Assembly: GCA_964635715.1 (NCBI GenBank)
Contig: CAZWNZ010000001.1
Coordinates: forward strand, 408,616-472,615
Reading direction: 5' to 3'
Length of the DNA stretch: 64,000 nucleotides
Origin: an uncultured Gammaproteobacteria bacterium
Lineage (GTDB): Bacteria; Patescibacteriota; Microgenomatia; UBA8517
The notes below the pieces were generated by a model. It searched no databases and had not been told where the DNA came from. It saw only the letters and a list, made by a program, of their open reading frames with translations. Made by a program: the position numbers and the translations under genes. Positions 46,948-56,936 of the stretch are shown piece by piece. Position 1 is the first letter of the stretch; each line of letters starts with the position of its first letter.

Positions 46948-47659
46948 TGGGATGGAACCGAAAATTATACACGAAGATGATAGTTTGTTTGTGATCGATA
47001 AACCCTCAGGTTGGATAGTCAATGAAGCTACGACTACTAAAAATCAGCCGGTGCTTCAAACTTGGCTTAGAAAATTTGAATATCCTTTAGTTAATGATAC
47101 AGACAGTAGACACGGAATAGTTCACAGGCTTGATAAGGAAACAAGTGGAGTAATGATCGTTGCTAAAGATAAAGAGGCTTTTGATAAGCTTCAGGCGGAA
47201 TTTAAAGCTCGGGAAGTTCAAAAGACATATGTGGCATTAGTTCATGGAAAGCTGACTCCGTTGGAAGGAGAGATAAATGTTCCTGTAGGTAGGTTGCCTT
47301 GGAGGAGAGACCGTTTTGGAGTTGTTGCGGGAGGAAGAAATTCGCAGACATTTTATAAGGTACTTGAATTTTTTCCGGGTAATAATGCGGGGCATACGTT
47401 GGTTGAATTTTATCCAAAAACGGGAAGAACTCATCAAATTAGAATTCACTGCAAATATATTGGTCACGCAATCGTAGCAGACGATTTTTACGCGGGCAGA
47501 AAGACCTCAAGAAACGACAAAAAATGGTGTCCCAGACTTTTTTTGCACGCAAAATCTATTAAATTTACTCACCCTGTTAGCGGACGAAAAGTTGAATTTG
47601 CTTCCGATCTTCCGGAAGATTTAAAGTTGGTTCTCAATTCTATACACGATATAGTTTGA
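46919..47659 (+). CDS. RluA-family pseudouridine synthase
   Basis: The catalytic motif HRLDKETSGVMIVAKD is present. Confidence 0.85.
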   Translation: MLRMRQRGNSGMEPKIIHEDDSLFVIDKPSGWIVNEATTTKNQPVLQTWLRKFEYPLVNDTDSRHGIVHRLDKETSGVMIVAKDKEAFDKLQAEFKAREVQKTYVALVHGKLTPLEGEINVPVGRLPWRRDRFGVVAGGRNSQTFYKVLEFFPGNNAGHTLVEFYPKTGRTHQIRIHCKYIGHAIVADDFYAGRKTSRNDKKWCPRLFLHAKSIKFTHPVSGRKVEFASDLPEDLKLVLNSIHDIV

Positions 47660-48590
47660 ATATATAAAACGCGTAGGCCGCTAGATACAAAAGCCCGTAG
47701 TATCGGGGAATGTTGGTTCCCATGTATTTATGACTAAGCACAACAATACTTATTACAATTACGGCCATATAAATAAGTGTGAATATATCAATAGAGTAAG
47801 GAGTATTGTTTAAAACAATAAGGATAGCTCCAACTACCGACAGATCATAAATATTACTTCCCTGAATACTGCCATAGAGAAGCTTCCAATCCTGCCTCAT
47901 CCCTGAGGCAATGGTTGCTGCAAGTTCAGGCAAAGAAGTTCCAAGAGCAACTAATGACAGACCAATTATTTCCTGATTTATATTTAGTACTTGTGAGATT
48001 GTTATTACATCAGTAACTAAATATTTACTACTAATGATTAATCCTACAATAGAAACACCGATACCGATAAGATAAAAAACTGGGTTTCCCTTGTTTTTTT
48101 CAAGCTTTGATAGTGCCTTTCTATCCTCTTTATTGCTGCCGTTTCTGCCCCAGACGATTTCAGTTATGATAAAAAATACGTAAAACATCAATAAAAATAT
48201 TCCAAGAGTTTTTCTTAGAGTTTCCGGTAGGAAAAATAAAATAACAAAAAATAATGTAACGAAAAGAAGAAGAATATTATTCTTCTGAGTTTTCTCGGTA
48301 CCAATTCTGACAGGGAAAATTAAAATATTTAAGCCCAAAATGAGACAAATATTTACTATGCTTGAGCCGATGATGTCGCCGAAAGATACCAACGGCGCGC
48401 CTTGAAGTATGGCAGAAATACCAACAGAGGTTTCCGGTAGGGAGGTGCCAATGGCGACTAATGTGGTACCTATAATTAAGGGAGATATTTTTATCCTTGA
48501 AGATAGTTTTTCAGAAAATTTGAGAAGAAGAGACGCTGAAATAATCAAAAGCAGTAGGCAAAATAAAAATTTTATAAATATTTCAGGCAT
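47640..48590 (-). CDS. Ca2+/cation antiporter (CaCA, YrbG-like)
   Basis: Two alpha-repeats with GTSLPE are present (AIGTSLPETSV and ALGTSLPELAAT). ~10 TM helices. Confidence 0.8.
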   Translation of the reverse strand: MPEIFIKFLFCLLLLIISASLLLKFSEKLSSRIKISPLIIGTTLVAIGTSLPETSVGISAILQGAPLVSFGDIIGSSIVNICLILGLNILIFPVRIGTEKTQKNNILLLFVTLFFVILFFLPETLRKTLGIFLLMFYVFFIITEIVWGRNGSNKEDRKALSKLEKNKGNPVFYLIGIGVSIVGLIISSKYLVTDVITISQVLNINQEIIGLSLVALGTSLPELAATIASGMRQDWKLLYGSIQGSNIYDLSVVGAILIVLNNTPYSIDIFTLIYMAVIVISIVVLSHKYMGTNIPRYYGLLYLAAYAFYIFKLYRV

Positions 48591-48683
48591 ACTTTTATAT
48601 TACCAGATTTTTAGATGTTAGTTATTCTATAATGCGTTTCACAACCTCTTTACACGCAGGAAAATAGTCCTTAAACTGAGTTT

Positions 48684-50366
48684 ATGGAACTTATTCTGGG
48701 ACTTTTTTTTGTGATTGTTGCTGCTACTCTCGGAGGATTTTTGGCGAAACTTCTTAAACTTCCAAGTCTTGTTGGGTTTATTATTGCCGGAATTCTAGTC
48801 GGATCAGTTCTTCCTGCAAGTCTTAAGGAAGTTTCGTCACTTGCTGATGTAGGAATAATACTTCTTTTATTTTCAATCGGGCTCGAACTTTCTTTTGACA
48901 GACTTTCAAAATTTCTGAAAATTGCCGTACTGGGCTCTTTAATTCAAATAGTTTTTGCGGTGTTTTTATTTTATCTAATTTTGGGTGTTTTTGGCCTTTC
49001 TGAGCAAGCTTCTCTTGTTTTGGCTCTTGGTTTTTCGGTTTCTTCAACGGCTGTGGTCGTAAAAATGTTGGGTGATAGGGGAGAACTGGATACAATTCAT
49101 GGGGGAATTATTTTTGGGTGGCTCCTGGTGCAAGACCTGGCAGTAATTCCAATGATGGTTATTTTGCCGTTTTTGGCCGGTTCCGGCGGAAACGCAGCCT
49201 TTGATATTTTCTTGTCTTTAGGAAAAGGAGCTTTGGTGATTTTAGGAGTAGTTTTTCTCGGCAAGAAAATTGTTCCTTATATAATCCATCTTTTAGCAGG
49301 AACAAACTCCAGAGAAGTTTTGCTTTTGGCGTCGATTGCACTGGCTTTGGGTACAGCGGCAATAACTTCATTTTTCGGAATTTCACCTGCACTTGGTGCT
49401 TTTTTGGCCGGTATTGTTATTTCAGGTAGCCAGGAGAACCATGCTATTTTTGCCGAAACCAGACCATTGAGGGATTTATTTGTTGCCCTTTTCTTTGTTA
49501 CATTGGGATTTTTGGTCGTGCCGTCGGTAATAATTTCAAATTTGGGCCTGATTTTAATCCTTTCGGCAATCATCCTTTTACTAAAATCAGTTATAGTCTT
49601 TGTTATTAGTATAATTTTTGGTTATCGGGGCAAAACGGCAGTTGCCAACAGTTTTGCTTTGGCGCAGGTAGGAGAATTCGCATTTGTTATATTCTCTGAG
49701 GCCTTAGCACTTAATCTATTGAATAAAACAGAAACATCAATAGGAATTTCAGTTGCTCTTTTGACGTTAGTGATATCACCCATACTTTACAACTTTACCC
49801 TTCCTTTTTGGAGAAAAATGAAATCGCTCACTTCTGGTTCAAAATATTTCTCAAAGCTTTTTTCGGTTGGGGAAAAGTATGAAGTACCTGATGGGGAATA
49901 TAAAGACCATATTATTATTTGCGGATATGGCAGAGTTGGTAGGTGGATTGGTAGAGCGCTTCAGGATTTTGAAGTGCCTTTTGTCGTAGTTGAGTATGAT
50001 CAAAATGTTGTACAGGATCTTAAACAAGCCAATATCCCCGTGATCTATGGAGATCCGACCGAGCCTGAAGTTCTGGAAGCTGTAGGGGTTAGAAGTTCAA
50101 AAGCAGTAATATTGGCAATTCCCGATAGGATCGCTCAGGAAACATTAGTTGCCTATGTACAGACGGTTGCTCCGGCGTCTAAGATTATTTCCAGGGTACA
50201 TCAGGATTCGGATTGGGAAAAGTTGAAAAGTTTGAAGGTCGATAAAATTGTTCAACCGGAATTTGAAGCTGCTATAGCAATTGTTAAAGGTGTGTTGATA
50301 TCAATGGGAAAGAGTAGGGAAGAAATCTCATCGGCTACCAAGAGTTTGAGACTGTCACATAGATAA
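48684..50366 (+). CDS. CPA2 (Kef-type) K+/H+ antiporter with C-terminal RCK/TrkA-N domain
   Basis: A polytopic N-terminal domain is present. The Rossmann motif IICGYGRVGRWIG is present. Confidence 0.85.
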   Translation: MELILGLFFVIVAATLGGFLAKLLKLPSLVGFIIAGILVGSVLPASLKEVSSLADVGIILLLFSIGLELSFDRLSKFLKIAVLGSLIQIVFAVFLFYLILGVFGLSEQASLVLALGFSVSSTAVVVKMLGDRGELDTIHGGIIFGWLLVQDLAVIPMMVILPFLAGSGGNAAFDIFLSLGKGALVILGVVFLGKKIVPYIIHLLAGTNSREVLLLASIALALGTAAITSFFGISPALGAFLAGIVISGSQENHAIFAETRPLRDLFVALFFVTLGFLVVPSVIISNLGLILILSAIILLLKSVIVFVISIIFGYRGKTAVANSFALAQVGEFAFVIFSEALALNLLNKTETSIGISVALLTLVISPILYNFTLPFWRKMKSLTSGSKYFSKLFSVGEKYEVPDGEYKDHIIICGYGRVGRWIGRALQDFEVPFVVVEYDQNVVQDLKQANIPVIYGDPTEPEVLEAVGVRSSKAVILAIPDRIAQETLVAYVQTVAPASKIISRVHQDSDWEKLKSLKVDKIVQPEFEAAIAIVKGVLISMGKSREEISSATKSLRLSHR

Positions 50367-50383
50367 TTGTGTAATTAAAAATT

Positions 50384-51319
50384 ATGAAATCTGCCCGAAG
50401 ACAAGCCTACGTTGCCAGAAAAAATCAAAATCAAAAGAAAGAGAGGAAAAAATCTTCACTCTTCAGATTTTTTATTCCCGCGTTGCTAATTGTTGGTATT
50501 TATCTTTTTATAAAACTAAACACCAATGTTTGGAATGGAAATGACAAAATTTCAGTAGTCTATAAAGATAATAACGGCGATATTGGAATTACCATTTTGG
50601 ATCCGGTGCTTTCCGAAACAACCACCTTAATAATTCCCGGTGATACTCAAGTCGACGTTGCCCGAAACTACGGCACATATCGCATTAGAAATGTTTGGCA
50701 ATTGGGGATTGATGAAAAGATCGGTGGATCACTTTTGGCAGAGACTGTAACTCAGAATTTTCTTTTCCCCGTATCTTTATGGAGCAGTAGACCTCCTGGT
50801 TTGGATAAAGGAAATATGAAGAGTATTCTGGATTTTGTCTTTTTCCCGGGTCAAACAAATATTTCCTTTTGCGACAGGGTACACATGGCGGCCTTTTCAG
50901 TAAAAATGTCCGCTTTGGGAAGAACAGAAATTGATCTTGGGAAAAGCAAATTTTTAGATAAAAAGACTTTGAATGATGGTCAGTCGGGATACTTAATTAG
51001 TGGACAAATTTCTCAGAGATTAACAGTTTATTTTTCAGATAACGATATGGAATCGGGAAATGTAAAAGTAAATATTTCCGACGCGACTGGATCCAGCGGA
51101 GTTTCAGAAAGGTTGGGTGAGATACTTGAAGTAATGGGAGGAAAAATTGTCTCTATAGATAAAAAAGGTTCAGCCGAGGAGATAGATTGTGTTGTCATGG
51201 GGAACAATGCCGATGTTGTAAAAAAAATTGCAAGTTTATTTTCCTGTAAAATTGATAAAAAGGAAACTTCATTTGATTTGGATATTAAAATTGGAACTAA
51301 ATTTGCCGAAAGGTTTTAA
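50384..51319 (+). CDS. LytR-CpsA-Psr (LCP)-like envelope protein with LytR_C domain
   Basis: An N-terminal TM is present. The core LIIPGDTQVDV...YGTYRIRNVW is present. The C-terminus VKVNISDATGSSGVSERLGEILEVMGG is LytR_C-like. Confidence 0.45.
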   Translation: MKSARRQAYVARKNQNQKKERKKSSLFRFFIPALLIVGIYLFIKLNTNVWNGNDKISVVYKDNNGDIGITILDPVLSETTTLIIPGDTQVDVARNYGTYRIRNVWQLGIDEKIGGSLLAETVTQNFLFPVSLWSSRPPGLDKGNMKSILDFVFFPGQTNISFCDRVHMAAFSVKMSALGRTEIDLGKSKFLDKKTLNDGQSGYLISGQISQRLTVYFSDNDMESGNVKVNISDATGSSGVSERLGEILEVMGGKIVSIDKKGSAEEIDCVVMGNNADVVKKIASLFSCKIDKKETSFDLDIKIGTKFAERF

Positions 51320-51325
51320 TAAAAA

Positions 51326-52021
51326 CTAATCTTCTTCCGATACATCTTCTGTGGTACTGGTATCGGGTAGGTCATTGTGAACCAGCTCCGGAGGGGTAAA
51401 AGAAACGTAGTCAACTTTTTCGGGAAGAAAAGAAGGGAATTCTTCATTTCCCGCCGCTTTTTCAACTTCTCTTACAAAAACAGAAACTTCTTTGTTTTGG
51501 ACAGACATAATCAATGTCTGGTATTTATTGCCTTTTTTAATTAGATGTTTTAATCTGGCGGCAATGTCGTCAGGAAGTTTACCGACATATTTTCCTTTAA
51601 GAGTATTAATAGAAACCCTATGGGAGTAGGGAGTAAGTTTTACCTCTTCCCCCGGATCTAAATGGATGTAGTTTTCAGTATCACCCAAATTCATCAGCTT
51701 TATAATTTTTGTTTTTCCGGGTTCTTCCAAAAAAGACTCATTACATGATAGAGATGTAGCTGCCTCTAAATTATTGGCAAGTTTAAGCCGATTGTTAAAT
51801 TTAAGTGCAATCTGGTGTGACGGATCGATTTCTAAAATTTTTTTTGTATACTCTTTTGCTTTAGAGATTTTCCCTACCTCCATAGAAGCATGCGCAAGCC
51901 TACAAAGAGCATCGGTATCATTAGGGTTGTTTTTTAGGATATCTAAATTGACCTCAATGGCCTCGTTCCATTTTCCTGAAAGCGCTAAGTTGACAGCTGT
52001 CTGAGTGGCAGAAGTGTCCAT
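51326..52021 (-). CDS. TPR-repeat protein
   Basis: N-terminal TPR helices are present (WNEAIEVNLDILKNNPNDTDALCRLAHA...). The C-terminal domain is unknown. Confidence 0.55.
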   Translation of the reverse strand: MDTSATQTAVNLALSGKWNEAIEVNLDILKNNPNDTDALCRLAHASMEVGKISKAKEYTKKILEIDPSHQIALKFNNRLKLANNLEAATSLSCNESFLEEPGKTKIIKLMNLGDTENYIHLDPGEEVKLTPYSHRVSINTLKGKYVGKLPDDIAARLKHLIKKGNKYQTLIMSVQNKEVSVFVREVEKAAGNEEFPSFLPEKVDYVSFTPPELVHNDLPDTSTTEDVSEED

Positions 52022-52116
52022 TTTTGTTTTAATTTTACTGTAATTGAGTATAGGGGGGTGGGGGTGAAAGTCAAGATTCTATTTACCTTGCAAGGTATTT
52101 TTGGATCACCTCAAAG

Positions 52117-52145
52117 TTTACTAAAACTCCTTTAAGTAGTATAAT
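52117..52145 (+). promoter_or_regulatory. Consensus-like sigma70 promoter (TTTACT-17-TATAAT)
   Basis: The -35 is TTTACT at 52117-52122. A 17-nt spacer follows. The -10 is TATAAT at 52140-52145. Confidence 0.4.
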
Positions 52146-52159
52146 TGGCCGAAATTGAC

Positions 52160-52231
52160 ATGAAATTATTAACTACATCGGCAATGATGTGGATGCTCAG
52201 AAAGAGCATAAAGGTCTTTTTAAAAGACTAG
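52160..52231 (+). CDS. 23-codon micro-ORF (MKLLTTSAMMWMLRKSIKVFLKD) between promoter and terminator
   Basis: The ATG lies ~8 nt after the predicted TSS. The stop lies 5 nt before the terminator hairpin. The peptide is hydrophobic with a basic tail. Confidence 0.25.
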   Translation: MKLLTTSAMMWMLRKSIKVFLKD

Positions 52232-52235
52232 TATA

Positions 52236-52258
52236 CCCGCCTATATGGCGGGTTTTTT
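52236..52258 (+). terminator. Rho-independent terminator
   Basis: CCCGCC-tatat-GGCGGG is followed by TTTTTT. Confidence 0.55.
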
Positions 52259-52321
52259 GTACCGTCAAGATTAGACTTTAAGAAGGCCTTGTGGAGTGTA
52301 CTAAAGCATTGATAAAATAAA

Positions 52322-54283
52322 ATGACAAAAGAATTTGTAACAAATATGCACGAGGATAAAACAGAGCATGGTGTTAGTCCGTTTAGGTTTGCACGAGAAA
52401 ACATTGTTCCCAAAGGCACAAGAACACCGGAAACTCCCAAAGAGTTTATTGAAGCTGCCACAAATGCCGTTATTGTTGGCAAAGAACCGAAATTAGATAC
52501 TGTTTCGGATGCTTCTTTTGTTGCACGCTCAAAAATAGAAGCGATAGAACAAAACAACAACCTCCCTACAAATGTCAGGAAGTTTGCTGAAGGACTAAAA
52601 GATAATATAAAAGAATGGTCAGACAATGTTGGGGGAGATAAAAAGATAGGGGAAGTTATCAGAGCTGATCAAATAAAAGGTTTGCCGGAGGAGGATTTGA
52701 TAGACGCTAGAGATTTGCCCGGTGCAGGTAAAGCTGTAGAGATTGCAGCTAGGGCTGGTACAGCAGGAATATTGGCATTTCAGTTGGCAGGGTGTACGGA
52801 TCAGACAAATAATAATTCAAACGTCGAAACTCCTGCTTCGGGAGAGGCAGTAGCTGTTGGGCTTCTTGATGAGACAGAAATAGACAGTCTTCCAAATGGA
52901 GAAGTAAAGGATTCACTTCAGACAGAATTAGACAGTGTTAAAAAAGACTGTGCTGAAGTCCCCGGATGTATAGAGGATACAATTCAGATTTACAGAGTTA
53001 ATGTAAATGATGGAAATGAGGGGATAAATGTTTTTTCCTATCGCTTTGCCAATATTGATAATGCCGAAGGTCTACGCACTCAGATTTTGAGCATAATGGA
53101 CGGCAAAACCAAAGAAACTACCACAATTAACAAAGATCTTATAGCAAAAGACACTAAAATTGACGGAATCCCTACAAGAGTTTTTGGATATATCGATGAT
53201 TTGGGTAACAGCCACTACATATTAGTTGACAGACAAACCCAAAACGGAGATATGTTCCAGATATATGATGCGGATGGGGACGTGTACGACGTTATCACCC
53301 AAAACGAAAAAGAAGTTCAGGCATATTCACACCTTTGGCAGGAGCCAAGTATTGTAAAAGCCGAAGCGCTCCCTACAAGCAATCCTACAGAAACTATCAG
53401 TTTTGAAAGATATACATTTCAAAAGGGGGATACAATGGAAAGCTTGGCTGCAAAATATAACATCTCAGTAAGTGATTTGTTAAGTGCTGATGAAGAGAGA
53501 ATCTATCGATTAATTCCTGACGGCGGATATATAGGTAAAGAAATTCTTATACCTAGTAAAGGATTAAGCCAGGAAGCTATTGAGGAGAATCAAAAAGAAT
53601 TGTTAGATAATGCCCCAGAGGTTGAAGGTTATACAAAAGAGAACTGTTTTAACGGTTTTGTCTATTATAGAAATTCTGAAAACCAAAAAATTGACATAGT
53701 TTGGGATAAGGAATCAGGAGAGGTGATGGGGTATTATATTGCCAAAAACGGAACGGTTTTATTAACTGAGGGTACTGTATTGAAAAAGTCTGGACAGCTT
53801 GTGGTAGATAACAATAAGGAAGAGGATTTTGATGAGGCCATAACTCTTTGGAAACAAAGATTTATTGAGCAAGGAAATCCATTCGGAATAACAGAAGACA
53901 CTCCAATTCAACTAGAATATAGAGATTGGTGGTCAGGAATGTGGACAAACAGACTTAGAACAATAATAAATTATGGTGAGGGATATGGTGGGACTGGTTA
54001 CTCAATGACTTGGACACAAAATGGCTCAATTAGATTGATTTTCAGTAGAAGAAGTGAAGGGTTTATTTATTTGGGTGAAGAATTAGCACCAAGTCAGGCT
54101 TCTATTTCAACTGCATCCCTTCTTTTTTATACAGAGCCCAATAATATAAGTGCCTCAAATGAAAAAATTCCCTATCTGGTAAAGGATAACCTCGCTGCAT
54201 ATCTTGAGTATCTTAATCATTTATTTGACGGACAAGATCCTCGAATAGACAAAAACCTCAAAGGGGCTGTGGTGGTTCAATAA
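52322..54283 (+). CDS. Large hypothetical exported protein with LysM-like segment
   Basis: 653 aa. It contains a lipobox-like LAGC and a LysM-like YTFQKGDTMESLAAKYNISVSDLL. Confidence 0.55.
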   Translation: MTKEFVTNMHEDKTEHGVSPFRFARENIVPKGTRTPETPKEFIEAATNAVIVGKEPKLDTVSDASFVARSKIEAIEQNNNLPTNVRKFAEGLKDNIKEWSDNVGGDKKIGEVIRADQIKGLPEEDLIDARDLPGAGKAVEIAARAGTAGILAFQLAGCTDQTNNNSNVETPASGEAVAVGLLDETEIDSLPNGEVKDSLQTELDSVKKDCAEVPGCIEDTIQIYRVNVNDGNEGINVFSYRFANIDNAEGLRTQILSIMDGKTKETTTINKDLIAKDTKIDGIPTRVFGYIDDLGNSHYILVDRQTQNGDMFQIYDADGDVYDVITQNEKEVQAYSHLWQEPSIVKAEALPTSNPTETISFERYTFQKGDTMESLAAKYNISVSDLLSADEERIYRLIPDGGYIGKEILIPSKGLSQEAIEENQKELLDNAPEVEGYTKENCFNGFVYYRNSENQKIDIVWDKESGEVMGYYIAKNGTVLLTEGTVLKKSGQLVVDNNKEEDFDEAITLWKQRFIEQGNPFGITEDTPIQLEYRDWWSGMWTNRLRTIINYGEGYGGTGYSMTWTQNGSIRLIFSRRSEGFIYLGEELAPSQASISTASLLFYTEPNNISASNEKIPYLVKDNLAAYLEYLNHLFDGQDPRIDKNLKGAVVVQ

Positions 54284-54331
54284 TATGTTTTTTTTATTTT
54301 ACTTCAGACACGGTTATATGATACATTAATA

Positions 54332-54916
54332 ATGATGACTCGTAGGGTTTATTTTTTGGCCTTTATTGTTTTAATGGTTATCACCTTTGGGCTTCTAATT
54401 TTTTATTGGAAATTGGGTGGACTGGATGGGTTTATTGCAGATTTTCGTAGTAAATTTAATGTGTTGTTTGGTTGTGGGCGAGTAGATCTAATTAATAATA
54501 TAGAGGGTTCTACCTTTTCAATGGATGAAGAAAAATTTCTCAAAGAAGTTGATGCTATGGGGATTTGGAGTGGAATAGATTTAGACAACAGATCGTCATC
54601 CAATACTATTCAAAGATTTAGACCTTGCAATATAAAAGTGATTTTCACAGACTATATTTATAGTGATTTGCGTGTGCATAGATACTCCAATGATAAATAT
54701 ATTGGATCAACAAAGGTTGATGAAGAGGATAGGAACCTTTTAGTATATGTAGGGGTTGGTTCAGAATTTCTAACTGGGAGTTTAACAGCTGTAAATGTTG
54801 CTGTGGATTATATTATAATGTCGGATCTACATACTAGAATTTTTAATAGTAGTGGGGCTGTCTCTGGTTTTCAAAGGGTTACAGAAGGTAGTATTTTTAC
54901 AATATCTAATTTCTAG
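54332..54916 (+). CDS. Hypothetical membrane-anchored protein
   Basis: An N-terminal TM is present (VYFLAFIVLMVITFGLLIFYW). Confidence 0.45.
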   Translation: MMTRRVYFLAFIVLMVITFGLLIFYWKLGGLDGFIADFRSKFNVLFGCGRVDLINNIEGSTFSMDEEKFLKEVDAMGIWSGIDLDNRSSSNTIQRFRPCNIKVIFTDYIYSDLRVHRYSNDKYIGSTKVDEEDRNLLVYVGVGSEFLTGSLTAVNVAVDYIIMSDLHTRIFNSSGAVSGFQRVTEGSIFTISNF

Positions 54917-54917
54917 A

Positions 54918-56903
54918 ATGAAAAAACGATTGTTATTTTTTATAGCGCTAGGTTGCTTTTTAATGATACAGTTGTTTCTCGATAATTCAGTAAAAGCACA
55001 GTGTATTGGGAACGCGGTTTGTATTCCCCTGATGCCTAATTATTCCCCACCAGACTGTGAGCTTGGTGTTAATTGTGTTGAAACATGGAAATGTCCCGAA
55101 GGTGCGGGTGGGGCAGGTGTGGTAGTAGGATGCACTGAATACAGTTCAAGCTGTGTACCTAGTTGCCCTTATCATTATGCAAACTGTTCTGCTGCAAACA
55201 ATTGTTCAAGTTCAGCAAGCCCAACTCCTACTGGTGGTGGCGGGGCGGGGTGTATCTCCAGTAGAGGGCATACAGAACTTCCTGTTGTTTGCGAAAACAC
55301 AGGTTTTTACGGCCGTACTTATGCCACGGGTCGAAGTACCACGGATCCTGTTGCGGAAACATATTCCTGTGCCCCATATGCCGCGCCAATCGGAGGGGAA
55401 ACATGTCTTTATTGGATGAACAAATGGACCGGCTATCTGAACATTCCCGAGGCGGGGGATTATGAATTCTGGATATCATACCATCCTAAATTGAAGGTGC
55501 AAATCGATGTGAATCAGAATGGGACTTTTGATACTGCATGCGGTTCGGATACTGTCGGTGATAATTACGTTTATATTTCAGGTTCATGTAAAGATAGGTA
55601 CAGATACCAGAGATTGGTTAATTGGGGTCTTGTTACTTCCGCTGGTGGAGGCACTTGCTGGGAAGATTATGCCACTAGGACTTATTGTGATTATGGAAGT
55701 CATTGCCAAAATGCCGACTACAGAACTTACTACAGAAATAGAGATCTCGGGATTAGAACATTTGTCATAGGCGAATATTATCCGGAAGTAATTGTTCCAC
55801 TTGGTGTAGAACAGGTTGGCACTACCGAATGCCCGATTGCTGCGAACAATCAACATGCCGCGAGAGATGGAGGTGATGAACCAAGCTGGTTTTACAAAGG
55901 CACTGGCAATTCTTACTTTACCAGAACTCTTGGATCCGGCTCTGTTTTGGTTGATATGGCTTATACTTCTGCCGTTGATAAAGCCTCGCTCATGAGTCAT
56001 GCTTTGACATTTAAATACCGCAAAGTGGGAAGCACTGAGTGGATTAATTTAAACGATGCTTCCACATACCCGAGTGGTGTTTGCCCTGTAACTCCGTGCC
56101 TCGAAGAAATTTCTTCCATCGACGCCTGGTGGCAGGTCAAAGATGCAGATGTTGTTACCAATGGTGGGATTACAACCAATGTTGCCGAGTCCGGTCAGGT
56201 TTTTGATCTGGAAGGAAACGGTGGGTCACCTGGGGTTGTTGTTTATACTGGCAGTACGGATTTAACTACCTCCAACGTCTCGGAAGAGGGCTGGCTGGCA
56301 AACACTTCCACTTCTCAGGCTAGAGTGTTTAATTCCAAGTTTTTTGAAAATAGAATTCCCTCAGACGCCACCATTAATGAAATAAATTCCAGTTCGATTG
56401 ACGGAACATATTTGGAAAGCGGAACAGTATCGGGCGACGGGTATATTTGGTTTGTTTATGATGCAGGTAGTACAGGACTTGATTTAAATATTACTTCGGA
56501 TGCAAATCTTGGCAGCAATAAGGTTGTACTTTTTGTTAAAAATGCGAACCTTACTATTTCCGGAAACATAAACGTTACTGATGGTGCAGGATTTTTCCTT
56601 GCAGTTTCCGAAGGAAGTGTTTCGGTTGATGCATCTGTCGGTGGGGGGTCAAGTGCCAACCTGGAAGGTATATATATTGCTGACGGGTCTTTTTCATCAG
56701 GTACGGGAGGAAGTTCTTCCGATAGTCAACTTTGGGTAAGAGGAACTGTTGCGGCCTATGGGGGAGCAAATCTTGAACGTGATTTGGGTGCGTCAAATAA
56801 TGATTCACCTGCTGAATTTTTTGAGTATGCGCCTGACCAGGAGCTTCTTTTCCCAATCTCTCTTTCTTCCAGAGTAACAAACTGGAGGGAAATAGCCCCG
56901 TAA
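54918..56903 (+). CDS. Large Cys-rich secreted protein with PA14-like domain
   Basis: A signal peptide is present (MKKRLLFFIALGCFLMIQLF). The N-terminal 300 aa contains more than 30 Cys. The motif YWMNKWTGYLNIPEAGDYEFWISYHPKLKVQID is PA14/GLEYA-like. The start is taken at the internal Met rather than the track start. Confidence 0.55.
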   Translation: MKKRLLFFIALGCFLMIQLFLDNSVKAQCIGNAVCIPLMPNYSPPDCELGVNCVETWKCPEGAGGAGVVVGCTEYSSSCVPSCPYHYANCSAANNCSSSASPTPTGGGGAGCISSRGHTELPVVCENTGFYGRTYATGRSTTDPVAETYSCAPYAAPIGGETCLYWMNKWTGYLNIPEAGDYEFWISYHPKLKVQIDVNQNGTFDTACGSDTVGDNYVYISGSCKDRYRYQRLVNWGLVTSAGGGTCWEDYATRTYCDYGSHCQNADYRTYYRNRDLGIRTFVIGEYYPEVIVPLGVEQVGTTECPIAANNQHAARDGGDEPSWFYKGTGNSYFTRTLGSGSVLVDMAYTSAVDKASLMSHALTFKYRKVGSTEWINLNDASTYPSGVCPVTPCLEEISSIDAWWQVKDADVVTNGGITTNVAESGQVFDLEGNGGSPGVVVYTGSTDLTTSNVSEEGWLANTSTSQARVFNSKFFENRIPSDATINEINSSSIDGTYLESGTVSGDGYIWFVYDAGSTGLDLNITSDANLGSNKVVLFVKNANLTISGNINVTDGAGFFLAVSEGSVSVDASVGGGSSANLEGIYIADGSFSSGTGGSSSDSQLWVRGTVAAYGGANLERDLGASNNDSPAEFFEYAPDQELLFPISLSSRVTNWREIAP

Positions 56904-56936
56904 ATACATCGTAAATAACTAAGGCCTCATTAAATT

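Noticed and set aside
54852-54917. Upstream extension of the PA14-like protein (MGLSLVFKG...)
   Set aside because: It overlaps the previous gene. The internal Met at 54918 begins a canonical signal peptide (MKKRLLFFIALG).
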